From the NCBI GenBank assembly GCA_963763605.1, contig CAVXPJ010000006.1:670-64669 (forward strand): DNA of 64,000 nucleotides, written 5' to 3'. The notes under the pieces were generated by a model that did not search any database, had not been told where the DNA came from, and worked only from the letters and a program-made list of their open reading frames with translations. Position 1 is the stretch's first letter. Every line of letters starts with the position of its first letter. The stretch is from an uncultured Acidobacteriaceae bacterium. Its GTDB lineage: Bacteria; Acidobacteriota; Terriglobia; Terriglobales; Acidobacteriaceae. The translations under genes were made by a program, and so were the position numbers. This document shows, one piece after another, positions 1-10,417 of the stretch.

Positions 1-2
1 AG

Positions 3-977
3 GCCGTGGGACAGGACTGGGTGAAGCAGAACTTCCCCCCGGATGCGAAGGCGAATATGGACAAGCTGGTGGCTGCGCTCGAGCGTGCGCTGGGTCAGGA
101 TATCCAGCAGCTTCCATGGATGAGCGATGCGACGAAGGTTGAGGCGAAGGCCAAGCTGGATGCAATTCGCAACAAGATCGGCTACCCGGATAAGTGGCGC
201 GACTATAGCGCACTGGTGGTGAAGCGCGACGATCCGCTGGGCAACGGGGAACGGAACGCAGAGTTTGAGCGCCGGCGCAACTACGAGAAGCTCGGCAAGC
301 CGGTCGACGAGAAGGAGTGGGGCATGACACCGCCAACGGTGAATGCTTACTACAATCCGCCAAACAACGACATCAACTTCCCTGCCGGAATTTTGCAGCC
401 ACCCTTCTTTGATAACAGCAAGGACCCTGCGGTGAACTTCGGCGGCATCGGCGTGGTGATTGGCCACGAGATGACGCATGGATTCGACGACCAGGGATCG
501 AAGTACGATCCGAAGGGCAATGTGAAGCAGTGGTTCACGGCTGAGGATCTTGCGAAGTTCAAAGAGCGCACGGACTGCGAAGTAGCGGAGTATGACGGGT
601 TCAAGGTTGCCGAAGGACAGAACCTGAATGGCAAGTTGACGCTGGGTGAGAACACGGCGGACAACGGCGGCATTCGGATTGCGTTCCAGGCGCTGCAGGA
701 GGTTCTGGCCAAGGGCGGACCCGATGCTGAGCCAGGTTATACGAATGGCGAAAAGGACGGCTACACCCCGGCGCAGCGGTTCTTCATCACGTTTGGACAG
801 GTGTGGTGCCAGAACCAGACGGAGCAGAGCGCGCGCGTGCTGGCGAAGACCGATCCGCATAGCTCGGGCGAGTGGAGAACGAAGGGCACAGTGCAGAACT
901 TCGATGAGTTTGGCAAAGCGTTTGGCTGCAAGGTGGGCCAACCGATGATGCCGACGAATTCGTGCCGTGTCTGGTAG
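3..977 (+). CDS. M13 family zinc metallopeptidase (neprilysin/PepO-like), C-terminal part; 5' end outside window
   Basis: ORF open from the window edge. HEMTHGFD (HExxH) zinc motif, GENTADNGG (ENxADxGG) motif and C-terminal NSCRVW are typical of Peptidase_M13. A hairpin terminator follows. Confidence 0.9.
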   Translation, partial: AVGQDWVKQNFPPDAKANMDKLVAALERALGQDIQQLPWMSDATKVEAKAKLDAIRNKIGYPDKWRDYSALVVKRDDPLGNGERNAEFERRRNYEKLGKPVDEKEWGMTPPTVNAYYNPPNNDINFPAGILQPPFFDNSKDPAVNFGGIGVVIGHEMTHGFDDQGSKYDPKGNVKQWFTAEDLAKFKERTDCEVAEYDGFKVAEGQNLNGKLTLGENTADNGGIRIAFQALQEVLAKGGPDAEPGYTNGEKDGYTPAQRFFITFGQVWCQNQTEQSARVLAKTDPHSSGEWRTKGTVQNFDEFGKAFGCKVGQPMMPTNSCRVW

Positions 978-998
978 CAGATATAGATGTGACGGAGA

Positions 999-1030
999 GG
1001 TCCAGGCTTGAAGCCTGGGCCTTTTTGTTT
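999..1030 (+). terminator. Rho-independent terminator after the M13 peptidase gene
   Basis: ggtccaggc-ttgaa-gcctgggcc hairpin followed by a tttttgttt run, 22 nt after the stop codon. Confidence 0.6.
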
Positions 1031-1223
1031 GTGCGGAATGCGGGGGAGGGCGGGTAACCATCGCATGGTGACCGTGTCTAAGAGATTAGATTGGCAGATT
1101 GCCATGGGCAGGTGGCACAAAGTCGCAACAGCTTCTACAATAAGCAGAGGAATCGTACCCCACAGAATTGCTCGCGGTAGAAGGTGGTCGAAGGCAGCCC
1201 ACTGGCGAGGATTAAGGAAACGC

Positions 1224-2504
1224 ATGAAGTTGAGCAGGATTGGCCGGGTTTCAATGGCCTTGGTAGTGTCCGTAGCGATGGGTCTGGGCATGACGGCGTG
1301 CGGTGGCGGCACGATCGGGTTCATGTGGGTGTTGGGAACGCAGTTTAACCAGATCGCCGCCTTCAAGATCGACGACTTCACGGGGAACCTGACGACGGCT
1401 CCTCACTCGCCGTTTACCTCCGGCGGATCGAACCCGGTCTCGCTTGTGGTGAAGCCCGGCGGGCGATACCTCTATGTGATCAACAAGGGCGGCGGGGCAC
1501 CGACGAGTGCATCCGGACCTCTACCCTGTGGAACCGGGGGCGGGATCGCTGAGTTCGCCATCGGCGGACAGGGAGTGCTGTCCTTTCAGCAGTGCTTCCA
1601 GAGCCAGGGCCAAACTCCAGTGTGGGCGGCCCACGACATTACGGGCAACTTTCTTTATGTTCTGGACCAGTTTGCGCCGGGCTCTTCCTGCGCAGCGAAC
1701 AATCAGCCCGAGACGCCAGGCTCCTGTTATGGCGACATCACAGTTCTCTCAGCCGACCCAAACACTGGGAGGCTCACTCTGGTGCTAAACCAACAGGTCA
1801 AAGACCCGACGACGGGCTTGCAGTTGACCTACTTCCCGGTCGGCTTTACGCCGAAGATGCTTGCGCTCTCCGGTTCGTGCTTGTTTGCGCTGAATGGAGA
1901 GGCTCAGAATCAGACCGTGTCTCCGTACCTCGCAGGCAGCGCCGGACAGTTGGTGCTGACGACGAACTCGACGTTAAGCTCGGGAGCACTGAATGCGACC
2001 TCGATCGTTGCTGGCGGCACCGCGGTCTACATCACAGATGCCGGCCCTGCAGGCAGCCCAGGGCAGATACTGCCGTTCACGGTTGGGGCAACGGCTTGCT
2101 CGCTGAATACGATTACGGGTGGACCAACCCAGAACCTGTCGCCTGCGGCTAACCCGGTGTATACGCTGACGGACAGCAAGAATGTTCGGCTGTATGTCGC
2201 AAACCAGTCGACGACGAACTCGAACACTCCAAACAGTTCGATCTCAGCCTTCACGATCCAGTCGAACGGCACACTGTCGTTCGTTCCAGATCCTGGGCTC
2301 AATCCGTATCCAATTGGTGCGGGGCCCGTGTGCATGGTGGAGGATCCATCGAATCAGTATCTCTACACCTCGAATGGCGACGGAACTGTAACAGGCAAGG
2401 TTCTCGACAACAGAACAGGGCAGCTTTCGAATCTGACTCGAGGGTCGACCTTTACGGCGGTAGGACAGGCGACATGCCTTGCAGTAAGCGGCAACGTAGA
2501 CTAG
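1224..2504 (+). CDS. Lipoprotein, lactonase-like 7-bladed beta-propeller family
   Basis: ATG at 1224 preceded by aagga. Lipobox signal MALVVSVAMGLGMTAC. Repeated propeller blade motifs (NPVSLVVKPGGRYLYVINKGG, NVRLYVANQS, NQYLYTSNGDG). The 1008 start in the ORF track adds an Arg-rich non-signal extension. Confidence 0.7.
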   Translation: MKLSRIGRVSMALVVSVAMGLGMTACGGGTIGFMWVLGTQFNQIAAFKIDDFTGNLTTAPHSPFTSGGSNPVSLVVKPGGRYLYVINKGGGAPTSASGPLPCGTGGGIAEFAIGGQGVLSFQQCFQSQGQTPVWAAHDITGNFLYVLDQFAPGSSCAANNQPETPGSCYGDITVLSADPNTGRLTLVLNQQVKDPTTGLQLTYFPVGFTPKMLALSGSCLFALNGEAQNQTVSPYLAGSAGQLVLTTNSTLSSGALNATSIVAGGTAVYITDAGPAGSPGQILPFTVGATACSLNTITGGPTQNLSPAANPVYTLTDSKNVRLYVANQSTTNSNTPNSSISAFTIQSNGTLSFVPDPGLNPYPIGAGPVCMVEDPSNQYLYTSNGDGTVTGKVLDNRTGQLSNLTRGSTFTAVGQATCLAVSGNVD

Positions 2505-2609
2505 CTGGCAGAGCGCAGCTGGAGAACTAAAGACAGGATGTCGTTACGAATCCTGAGTATCGAGACAGCAGTAGCGGGCGGAAACGATTTGCCCCGGAGT
2601 TAGGCAAGC

Positions 2610-3863
2610 ATGAAGTGGAATAAGTTGGGCCGTGGAACATTGGCCTCGATATTGTCTTTGGCGTTGGTGAGCGTAACGGCGTGCAGCCGCGACTATGTAC
2701 TGGCGTATGTGTACGTAACGACAGCAAAACCCCTGACGGGCGGCGTAAATGGCGGCGTAAGTGCGTATGCGGTGGACTATCAGATCGGCTCGCTGACGCC
2801 GCTGGCTGATTCCCCAATACAGACAGGCCGGAATCCGGTGACGCTCGTGGCTACGCCGAACGGGCTGAACCTGTACGTCATCAACCACGACGATTCGTCG
2901 GTGGGCGAGTACTCCATCGGAACCGATGGCAAGATTTACCTGCAGAACACCTATAACGTTACGGGCAGTCAGGCGACAGCAGTTGCAATCGATGCGGCCG
3001 GCGCGTTTCTGTACGTGACGTTTACGTACCAGCTTGGGCCGAATGGTCAGCAACTCTATTCGACAGCTTCGCCAGGGCCTGGCGGAGTAACGATCTTTCC
3101 GATCAGCGCCAAGGATGGGTCGCTGGGAACTCCTTCTACTGTGAATGTCGGAAATAATCCTGTTGGGGTCGTGGCCAGCCGCCCGACATCGGCAGGCGCC
3201 GTTTATGTGTATGTCATCGACCAGGAGACCCCTACCACTCCGAAGGCCGCGATTCTTGGTTTCTCGCAGAACACGACGAATGGAGCGTTGACGCCGCTGC
3301 CGGGCACGGTGATTACGACCGATGCGACGGGTAAAACTGTGGCAACCGGCTACGGTGCGGGAACGACGCCTAGCGCGATTGCGGAAGACCCTTCGTCGCG
3401 ATTTGTCTACGTCACCGACGAGGCTACCAATCAGCTCTACGGCAATCTTGTGGCGACCAACGGTTCGCTGGTACCGATGACCAACAGCCCGTTTCCTACG
3501 GGAATCTTTCCGGTTGGACTCACGATCGATCCGCGGGGCAAGTTCCTGTATGTGGCGAACCTCAGCTCGAGTACTGTAGGGTCCTATGCGATCGACACTT
3601 CCACGGGAACGCCGGTCGGATCTGTCGGATCTGCCTCGACGGCAACGGATACTTCACCGACATGCGTGACAGTTGAGCCGGCTTTGGGCATCTATGTGTA
3701 TACGTCCAACAACCTGGCAAGCGACGTTTCGGCTTTAAAGCTCAATCCGAACAATGGCGGTTTGGGGCAGGTGCAGAATACGCCATTCCCCTCAGGTGCA
3801 TTGCCGACTTGTGCGGTTTCCGTGGCGAATGGATCGCACCCAACGCAGATCATCAATCCATAG
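2610..3863 (+). CDS. Lipoprotein, lactonase-like 7-bladed beta-propeller family (paralog of 1224..2504)
   Basis: Lipobox LALVSVTAC. Blade motifs GRNPVTLVATPNGLNLYVINHDD, AFLYVTF, RFVYVTDEATN, FPVGLTIDPRGKFLYVANLSS, GIYVYTSNN. Same architecture as the upstream gene. Confidence 0.75.
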   Translation: MKWNKLGRGTLASILSLALVSVTACSRDYVLAYVYVTTAKPLTGGVNGGVSAYAVDYQIGSLTPLADSPIQTGRNPVTLVATPNGLNLYVINHDDSSVGEYSIGTDGKIYLQNTYNVTGSQATAVAIDAAGAFLYVTFTYQLGPNGQQLYSTASPGPGGVTIFPISAKDGSLGTPSTVNVGNNPVGVVASRPTSAGAVYVYVIDQETPTTPKAAILGFSQNTTNGALTPLPGTVITTDATGKTVATGYGAGTTPSAIAEDPSSRFVYVTDEATNQLYGNLVATNGSLVPMTNSPFPTGIFPVGLTIDPRGKFLYVANLSSSTVGSYAIDTSTGTPVGSVGSASTATDTSPTCVTVEPALGIYVYTSNNLASDVSALKLNPNNGGLGQVQNTPFPSGALPTCAVSVANGSHPTQIINP

Positions 3864-3887
3864 TCATCAGAGTTTTCTGGTTGAATA

Positions 3888-3913
3888 GAAAGCCCCGCGA
3901 TTGCGGGGCTTTC
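3888..3913. terminator. Bidirectional hairpin terminator between convergent genes
   Basis: gaaagccccgc-gatt-gcggggctttc perfect 11-bp stem flanked by T/A-rich runs, between the 3863 (+) and 4017 (-) gene ends. Confidence 0.6.
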
Positions 3914-4016
3914 TGCTGTTTGCTGCAAGGTGTCGGGAGCGCTTCAACGTTACAGCTGGCCGCCCCATGTTGGCGATCAACATGAGCCAGCGAGTGGCTA
4001 TCGTCAGGCTACCGGA

Positions 4017-5204
4017 TCAGGCAGTCGGGACAAGAACGCGGGATTTATGGGAGAAGCGGCGAAGGATGGCTTTGCGAGCCGGCGTTTCTACGAAGCGGAA
4101 GACGGCTAGAGCAATGAGGATCAGGATGGCGTAGGAGAGCCATGGGTCCAGAACGGCGAGATGAAGGCGCTCGGGCACATGATAGATGTGGAGAAGCTGG
4201 AAGACATTGAAGTGGAGGAGATAGAGGCAGTAGCTGCTTTCGCCAACCAGGAGCAGGGGGCGCCAGGAGAAAAGCGCGGATATTTGATGGGGGCCGCTGA
4301 GGCCAAGAACGAGAGCGGCGAAGACCGGAGTCATGAGGCCGCCGTGCATAAGGAGGTAGGGGGTGTCGCCTACGAGGGTGTAGAAGAAGAGAGCGACGGC
4401 TGCGAGGCTTATCGCTGAGAGCACGAGACGCTGACGCGGGGTGAGGATGAGGGCGTGCTGCAGCTTGCCGAGGGTGACGCCGGTGAGGAAAGTGCAGATG
4501 TAGGGGAGCGGGGTGTACTTGAGGAAGCGGATGAGCTGGCTGGAGCTATAGCGATCGACAGGGCCGACGATGTGATCGGGGTTGAGATAGAGATAGAGAG
4601 AGTGGGGGATGAGGCCGATGATCCAGAGGGAGATGAGAAGGAGGATTAGGCGCAGGGGCTTTTTGGGCCAGGGTAAGCGAATGAGCCAGGGAAATGCGAG
4701 GTAGAGGACGCATTCGCTGGTAAGGGTCCAGGAGACGGTGTTCCAGAAAGTGGCGACGGAGGGACTCCAGCCCTGGAGGACGAGAGGGGTAAGGATAAGG
4801 CCTTGCCAGAATTCTGCGTGGGGGCGGGCGTACCACTCGTCCTGCACCATGCGGAGGGAGATGATGAGGACAAAAAAATAGACGGGATAGAGGCGGGAGA
4901 AGCGGGCTAGCCAGAACTCGCGCTTGCTGAGATTTTTGCCGCGGTCTCCGTAGTTGTAGGTGAGGACGTAGCCGGAGATGAGGAAGAAGACACCGACGAA
5001 GACGTAGCCGTTGTCGATAAATGGATAGAGTAGGCCGAGGTGCGGCGGCGTGAAGTGAAACAAAATGATGGCTATGGCTAACAGAGTGCGTATGCCTGTG
5101 AGCGCCGGCAGGGGTGGTTTGCGGGTGATCTTGGGCTGAGTGGCCGATGTCGACGGCCGCTCGGACTCGGATTTGGATTCTAGTTCGAGAATGCTTGTGT
5201 TCAC
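4017..5204 (-). CDS. Acyltransferase family 3 (membrane O-acyltransferase)
   Basis: About 10 predicted TM segments. N-terminal LPALTGIRTLLAIAIILFHF motif is typical of Acyl_transf_3. GTG start. Confidence 0.8.
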   Translation of the reverse strand: MNTSILELESKSESERPSTSATQPKITRKPPLPALTGIRTLLAIAIILFHFTPPHLGLLYPFIDNGYVFVGVFFLISGYVLTYNYGDRGKNLSKREFWLARFSRLYPVYFFVLIISLRMVQDEWYARPHAEFWQGLILTPLVLQGWSPSVATFWNTVSWTLTSECVLYLAFPWLIRLPWPKKPLRLILLLISLWIIGLIPHSLYLYLNPDHIVGPVDRYSSSQLIRFLKYTPLPYICTFLTGVTLGKLQHALILTPRQRLVLSAISLAAVALFFYTLVGDTPYLLMHGGLMTPVFAALVLGLSGPHQISALFSWRPLLLVGESSYCLYLLHFNVFQLLHIYHVPERLHLAVLDPWLSYAILILIALAVFRFVETPARKAILRRFSHKSRVLVPTA

Positions 5205-5338
5205 CAGTTCGTCCTGCTATTTGGATGCGGGGTACAACTCTATGTCACGCAGCTTCAGGGGATTTGACGCGGATATTTTGATGCGGGACGCATCTTTCTC
5301 CTGCATTGCGACTTGATTGGCCCGATTCTTACGAAAGG

Positions 5339-6043
5339 CTACGCGGTGACGAGGGAGCCTATTTTTTCGCCGCTGGCGACACGAACGATGTTGCCGGGTT
5401 CGCGCATGCTGAAGACCATCATGGGCATGTTGTTGTCTCTGCAGAGGGAGACGGCGGTGGTATCCATGACTCTGAGGTTGAGACGGAGGATGTCGTTGTA
5501 GGTGATCTGTGGAAATTTTGTGGCTTTCTCGTCGATTTTGGGGTCGGCGGTGTAGATGCCGTCGACAGAGGTGGCCTTGAGGAGGATGTCGGCTTTAATT
5601 TCCATGGCGCGGAGGCTGGCGGCGGTATCGGTGGAGAAGAAGGGGTTGCCGGTACCGGCGGCGAAGATGACGATGCGGCCCTTTTCTAGATGGCGCATGG
5701 CGCGGCGGCGAATGTAGGGCTCGGCGACCTCGTGCATCTCGATAGCGGACATGACGCGGCAGTGAAGGCCGAGCTTTTCGATGGCGTCCTGAAGAGCGAT
5801 TGCATTGATCACGGTGGAGAGCATGCCCATGTGATCGGCAGCGACGCGATCCATGTCGATGGCCTGCTGGGCGACACCACGAAAGAAGTTTCCGCCGCCG
5901 ACGACGATGGCAATCTCGCAGCCGAGCGCGTGAACTGCGGCGATCTCTGCGGCGATTTTGTGAATGAAGATGGCGTCGATACCAAAGCCCCTGCCTGCGG
6001 CCAGGGCTTCTCCAGAGATCTTGAGGAGGATTCTTTTGTACAT
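5339..6043 (-). CDS. pyrH: UMP kinase
   Basis: [14 protein letters not shown]...[11 protein letters not shown]...[11 protein letters not shown], full-length match to the PyrH family pattern. Confidence 0.95.
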   Translation of the reverse strand: MYKRILLKISGEALAAGRGFGIDAIFIHKIAAEIAAVHALGCEIAIVVGGGNFFRGVAQQAIDMDRVAADHMGMLSTVINAIALQDAIEKLGLHCRVMSAIEMHEVAEPYIRRRAMRHLEKGRIVIFAAGTGNPFFSTDTAASLRAMEIKADILLKATSVDGIYTADPKIDEKATKFPQITYNDILRLNLRVMDTTAVSLCRDNNMPMMVFSMREPGNIVRVASGEKIGSLVTA

Positions 6044-6444
6044 GTCAGGTCTAAGTATCGCATGGAGTTCGGGGTGGCAGGTTCAAAGCTGCGAGAGTAC
6101 CCCCTACCCCCTCGATATTGCGCAAAGTCTTCGAAGAAGAAGGGTTAAGTCTGGACTTCGGGGTAAATGACTTTGCTAAATTCCGTTTTGCCGCCGCTGG
6201 AACCGCAGCAGTTGCACTCTGAGGGACTGTGTTTCGTGGCCTGGGTTTGTCAAGGGATGATGGATGGTTTAGCGGCTGAACGATGGCTTACTGATGGTAA
6301 ATCGCCGGCGAATTGAGCAGAGAAGCCCGGACTTCGGTGTCCGGGCTTCGTGTCTGGTTGGGATGAGTTGATCGTAAGAGCCCGGCTGCGGACTGGTTCG
6401 AGGCGATTTTGGCGTCGAAACCAGTCCGCAAGACGGGAGCGAGG

Positions 6445-7047
6445 TTACCGCTTAAGACGACGGCGGACGGCTCCGGCACAACCGAGGACGCCGGTGCCAA
6501 GCAGCAGAAAGCTGCTGGGTTCCGGTGTGGCCGCCACGACACTGACGGAGTCCAGATCAAAGAATCCGAGCTGGTTTTCCGATGTGAAGGTCAGGTCCGT
6601 CGAAGCTCCGGTCGCCAATGCGGTGAAGGTCTCGATGGTGTACGGGCCTTCTGAAGCGTTGGTCTCGGAGAAGCCTGTTGTCCCTCCGAAGCTGGCAGCG
6701 AAGCTATTGGTGAAGCCAGAGTTTGGGGTGGTGTCGTTGTCGAGGAAGAACTGGATGATGTAGGCATCACCCGCCACGGTGTTGATTGCCTGGGTGAGGG
6801 TCTCAGTGCCTGATTCCGATCCCAAGAAGGCTTCGAAGTTTCCGCTAAACACATCGGAGCCGTCGACACCGGCGAAGTTGAGATCCGTAGTGGAGGTGCC
6901 TGACCAGCTGGTAAAGTCGCCGGACTCGAAGCCGCAGTTTTGGACGAGATTGCCTGCGACGCTGCTGCAGGCATCGTCTGCCTTCGCCGTGTTGACGGCG
7001 AAGACAGACGCAAGGAAGAGAGCCAGAAGTGTAATTGATTTACGCAT
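6445..7047 (-). CDS. PEP-CTERM sorting domain-containing secreted protein
   Basis: Signal peptide MRKSITLLALFLASVFAVNTAKA. C-terminal TPEPSSFLLLGTGVLGCAGAVRRRLKR (PEP motif, TM helix, basic tail). NCGFESGDFTSWSG carbohydrate-binding-like start. Confidence 0.85.
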   Translation of the reverse strand: MRKSITLLALFLASVFAVNTAKADDACSSVAGNLVQNCGFESGDFTSWSGTSTTDLNFAGVDGSDVFSGNFEAFLGSESGTETLTQAINTVAGDAYIIQFFLDNDTTPNSGFTNSFAASFGGTTGFSETNASEGPYTIETFTALATGASTDLTFTSENQLGFFDLDSVSVVAATPEPSSFLLLGTGVLGCAGAVRRRLKR

Positions 7048-7114
7048 TAGAGTTTGTCCTTTGGTTAGTTGGCCTGTAAGAAAGTCCCGTTGTAGCCGTT
7101 GGCGTGTCCGACCG

Positions 7115-9310
7115 TTATGGTGTTGTCTTCGGCCACGCAGCGTTGTTGACCAGATTGGTAGCGTTGGTGGTTCCGATACCAGTGGCGAAGTCCCAACCTA
7201 CGGTTGTGGGGTAAGCAGGCTCAAGCACCGTGTTGCTAACGGAGAGAACACCCTCAGTACCACCGGCATTGAAGCAGTTGATGGGGCTATGCGTGGTGGC
7301 ATTGTTGGTGCAGTTGACGTCCATATCTCCGAGCGTTACGTCGTAGAAGACGCAACCGGCGTCGACGCCATTACCAAGGGTGGAGTTGCAAGCCGCGTTT
7401 CCTGTTGCGCCGTACTCCGCATTGGCCATCGCGTAGAGGACAGGATTGGGATTGCCCTGAGTCTCGCCTGTACGCTGGTTGACCAGAGCCTGAATTCCAG
7501 CCCAGATGGGAGTGGAGACGGAGGTTCCGCCAAAACCTGCCCAGGTGGAAGGATCTCCGGTGCAGGGACCAGCATCGCCTTGGGTGCGGGCTGTGTCTGT
7601 ATCGGAGAAGCAGACGGTGTAGAAGTGTCCCCAGACACCATTTGCGGCGAAGAGAGAGACGTCAGGGATATCACGCACGCCATCGGCTGGGTTGCCGAAG
7701 AGACCGGCTTGCCACGAGGGCTTGGCGTAACCGGCACAGGTGCCACTGACGACGCCTCTTGTTGTAGCCACACCTGTGGCGCAGCCGCTGGGACCGCCGC
7801 TGCCCGAGGCCGTGGTTAGGAGGCCGTCGGTCGAGGCGGCGGCGCTGTTGCAGAAGCCGGCAGTCCCGACGGGTGAGGAAAAGCCGAAGGTGAGGTAGAG
7901 GAGTTGGCTTGCGCAGGAGTCATTCCACGGAATCTCCGGAACGTAGGACTTCGCGGTCAGAAAGCTTACGCCGTCGGTTGGGCTGAAGTACGTGTTGGTC
8001 TCCCCAAGGAAGGTGTCACCATAGTCTGTACCGCCGACCGAGACGTTATTGGGCGTCGAGGTAAACCCGCTGACCGCGATGCCGTGGGTGGCGTTGGTTA
8101 GATCCGCATCGGAGCTGGCCGCACCTTCGTCACCTGAGGAGACGAAGATGGAGGCGCCTTCGGCAGCACCCTGCGCATAGAGGTTGTTGATGAACAGGTT
8201 GCCTGTGGCTCCGACTTCGGACTCAGACTCGCCGAAGCTGATGCTGATGATGGTTGGAGGGGTGGTGCTGTTGAGCATATTGGCCATGGCGATGAAGCCG
8301 CCAAAGTTGGCTGCGCCTGCAGCTCTTGAGTCGGCGCAGGAGGCGAGGACGATCTGGGCTGCGGGTGCGGCGGCCGACGACCACTCGACGTCGATGGTAG
8401 ATTCGCCATCGTCACCGTTGATGCCAGGGTCGGTGCAGCCGGGGCCGGGGTGGACCTGGGTCAGGGTGTTGCCGGTGGGATAAGGGCGGGTAAGACCGAA
8501 CGCCTTGCGGAACAGGGTGAAGTCATCCACGCTGAACACGTCAGAGTCTTCGATAACGACGATCGTCTGTCCTTTGCCGGTGATACCAGCCTTGAAGAGA
8601 GGATTGAAGTTGTAGATGGTGGCGAGGTCGGCTGCGCCGACGGAATTAAACCCGTTGCCGGCATTGATGTTCGGCTTGACGGCCTTGGCGGCGCGCCTGA
8701 TCGACATGCTGCGCGGCAGGAAGTCATTGACCGGCAGAACACCGGCGACGACTGGAGCAAGCGCTTCAGGGATCTGGGGGTCGGTCATGTTGGCGATGTG
8801 AGCCGCACCGTTAACCGAGAGATTGTGGATCGCGGTATGGAAGGCTTTGGTCACCTGTCCAGCATTGCCATCGAAGGTCATCTGCGTTCCATCGGGGCTG
8901 ACGCCGGTTACGGTAAAGCCCTTGGCGGCCATCCATGCGGTGAGACGAGCGACGTCCTCTTCGGAGGGGCCATACGCCTGTCCGATCTGGACGGCGGTGA
9001 GCCACTTGTGGAAGTTGGCCGATTTGGGATTCTGCAGATCCTGGAGGTACTGGTTAAAGGCAGCCTGCGACTCTGGCGAGCGGGCGAGAAGCAGACGCAT
9101 TCCAGTCAGCGGCAGGCTTTCGTCGACGGCTCCACGATCGTTTCGAGCGTTGGCTTCGGAACGCACATTGCCGCTGAAGGTGACGGTCTTTTGATCGTCA
9201 ATGCGGTTGCGTACGAGGCTGACTTTTTGGGTGGATTGAGCAGATGCGGCTGTCATCGCGGAGGCGAGGAGCGAACACACCACTAGATTGCAGTACCGAA
9301 ACCGGAACAT
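7115..9310 (-). CDS. S53 family serine peptidase (sedolisin/kumamolisin-like) with pro-domain
   Basis: Start chosen at MFRFRYCNLVVCSLLASAMTAASAQS (signal peptide). Pro-kumamolisin-like activation segment (FHKWLTAVQIGQAYGPSEEDVARLTAWMAAKGFTV). SSGDEGA and GGTSVSTPIWAG catalytic motifs. Confidence 0.85.
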   Translation of the reverse strand: MFRFRYCNLVVCSLLASAMTAASAQSTQKVSLVRNRIDDQKTVTFSGNVRSEANARNDRGAVDESLPLTGMRLLLARSPESQAAFNQYLQDLQNPKSANFHKWLTAVQIGQAYGPSEEDVARLTAWMAAKGFTVTGVSPDGTQMTFDGNAGQVTKAFHTAIHNLSVNGAAHIANMTDPQIPEALAPVVAGVLPVNDFLPRSMSIRRAAKAVKPNINAGNGFNSVGAADLATIYNFNPLFKAGITGKGQTIVVIEDSDVFSVDDFTLFRKAFGLTRPYPTGNTLTQVHPGPGCTDPGINGDDGESTIDVEWSSAAAPAAQIVLASCADSRAAGAANFGGFIAMANMLNSTTPPTIISISFGESESEVGATGNLFINNLYAQGAAEGASIFVSSGDEGAASSDADLTNATHGIAVSGFTSTPNNVSVGGTDYGDTFLGETNTYFSPTDGVSFLTAKSYVPEIPWNDSCASQLLYLTFGFSSPVGTAGFCNSAAASTDGLLTTASGSGGPSGCATGVATTRGVVSGTCAGYAKPSWQAGLFGNPADGVRDIPDVSLFAANGVWGHFYTVCFSDTDTARTQGDAGPCTGDPSTWAGFGGTSVSTPIWAGIQALVNQRTGETQGNPNPVLYAMANAEYGATGNAACNSTLGNGVDAGCVFYDVTLGDMDVNCTNNATTHSPINCFNAGGTEGVLSVSNTVLEPAYPTTVGWDFATGIGTTNATNLVNNAAWPKTTP

Positions 9311-9616
9311 AATTGACCTCGAGGTAAAATTACGGCTGGTGATACGTTCCTGCAGCTGCAATCGATCTGCCATCGTCCAATAGAAAAATTCGCCGTAAAT
9401 TGAAAGACGCTGCTGTGGATTACTTTCCTCGATGCACTCTTTTGCAGAGAAAAAGCAAATGTAATTCCGCGAAGCTAACGCGGAATCAACCAGATGATGT
9501 TTTTTGAACGTGACCATGTGCTGACATGCATATGGGCGACCATTTTTTTGATCAGGCGCGCGGTGTTCTTTTGGCCGCTGGAGACGTCAAGGTGGTAACC
9601 GTTTTTGCCGTGGTTT

Positions 9617-10417
9617 TTAAATCGAGAGCTGCGCCTGGACCAGAGTGGCGATGAGGCTGTCGAGCTCGGATGGGTTGACGTTGCTGACTGCGATGATATG
9701 GAGGTCTGAAGTGGTTGCGGTGTGAAGCGTGAATCCGGCGCGGGTGCCGGGCAGCGTTGTGAGAGCGGGCGTGGTGGAACGCTGCGTGATAAAGACTGAG
9801 ACCTCGTGTTTGTGAATGGTAAAGAGGAGAAGAGCGGCGGGCTGGTTGTTGAGGTAGGTGAGGTCGGCGCCTTTGAGGACGGTTTCGGGCGGCAGGGCTG
9901 CGGCGTCGGGGATGTTGAAGCTGAAGGGGAGACGTCCCTGGAACCAGGGTTTGACGGTGTGGCGGTCGGTGGAGATGACCTGCGGCGTGGCTCCACTGGA
10001 TAGAGTGGCGAGGTGCTGGTCGAGGAGTTCGGCGGCGAGGGTGTTGGCCTGGTGGAGTTGACGCCAGCCGAGGAGTGAGACGGTGAGCAGGATGGCCGCG
10101 GCGAGTGCGGCCCAGGCAGCGGGGCGCATGGTGTAGATGCGGGCGGTGGTCTTTTGCTGCGGTGGCTGCTGTGACTGCGGCTGTGCTTGGAGTTTGGCGG
10201 TGAGGCGGGCGAGGGCTTCGGGCGGCGGGGCGAAGCGTTGGCCGGCGCGGGCGGCGGCGGCTTTGAGTTTGGTAGCAGAGAGTACGCGCAGAGTGCAGGT
10301 GTGACAGGTTTTTAGATGCTGATCGATTCCCTGCTGTTCGCCGGAGGACAGTTCGCCGTCGATGTAGGCGCTGAGCTTGTCGGGATTGAGGTGTTCGGTG
10401 GTTTGGGTCTGGTTCAT
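9617..10417 (-). CDS. Anti-sigma factor, zf-HC2 type, single-pass membrane protein
   Basis: HLKTCHTC (H-x3-C-x2-C) zinc motif, central TM helix AAWAALAAAILLTVSLLGW, periplasmic DRHTVKPWFQG domain. ATGA start/stop overlap with the upstream sigma gene. Confidence 0.8.
   Translation of the reverse strand: MNQTQTTEHLNPDKLSAYIDGELSSGEQQGIDQHLKTCHTCTLRVLSATKLKAAAARAGQRFAPPPEALARLTAKLQAQPQSQQPPQQKTTARIYTMRPAAWAALAAAILLTVSLLGWRQLHQANTLAAELLDQHLATLSSGATPQVISTDRHTVKPWFQGRLPFSFNIPDAAALPPETVLKGADLTYLNNQPAALLLFTIHKHEVSVFITQRSTTPALTTLPGTRAGFTLHTATTSDLHIIAVSNVNPSELDSLIATLVQAQLSI

Noticed and set aside
1008-1223. Upstream 72-codon extension of the first beta-propeller ORF. Similar N-terminal extensions occur at 7115-9517, 32021, 40314, 52444 and 26922.
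   Set aside because: The extensions are Arg/Gly/Trp-rich and lack signal peptides. Internal starts give canonical signal peptides or conserved N-termini with SD sequences.
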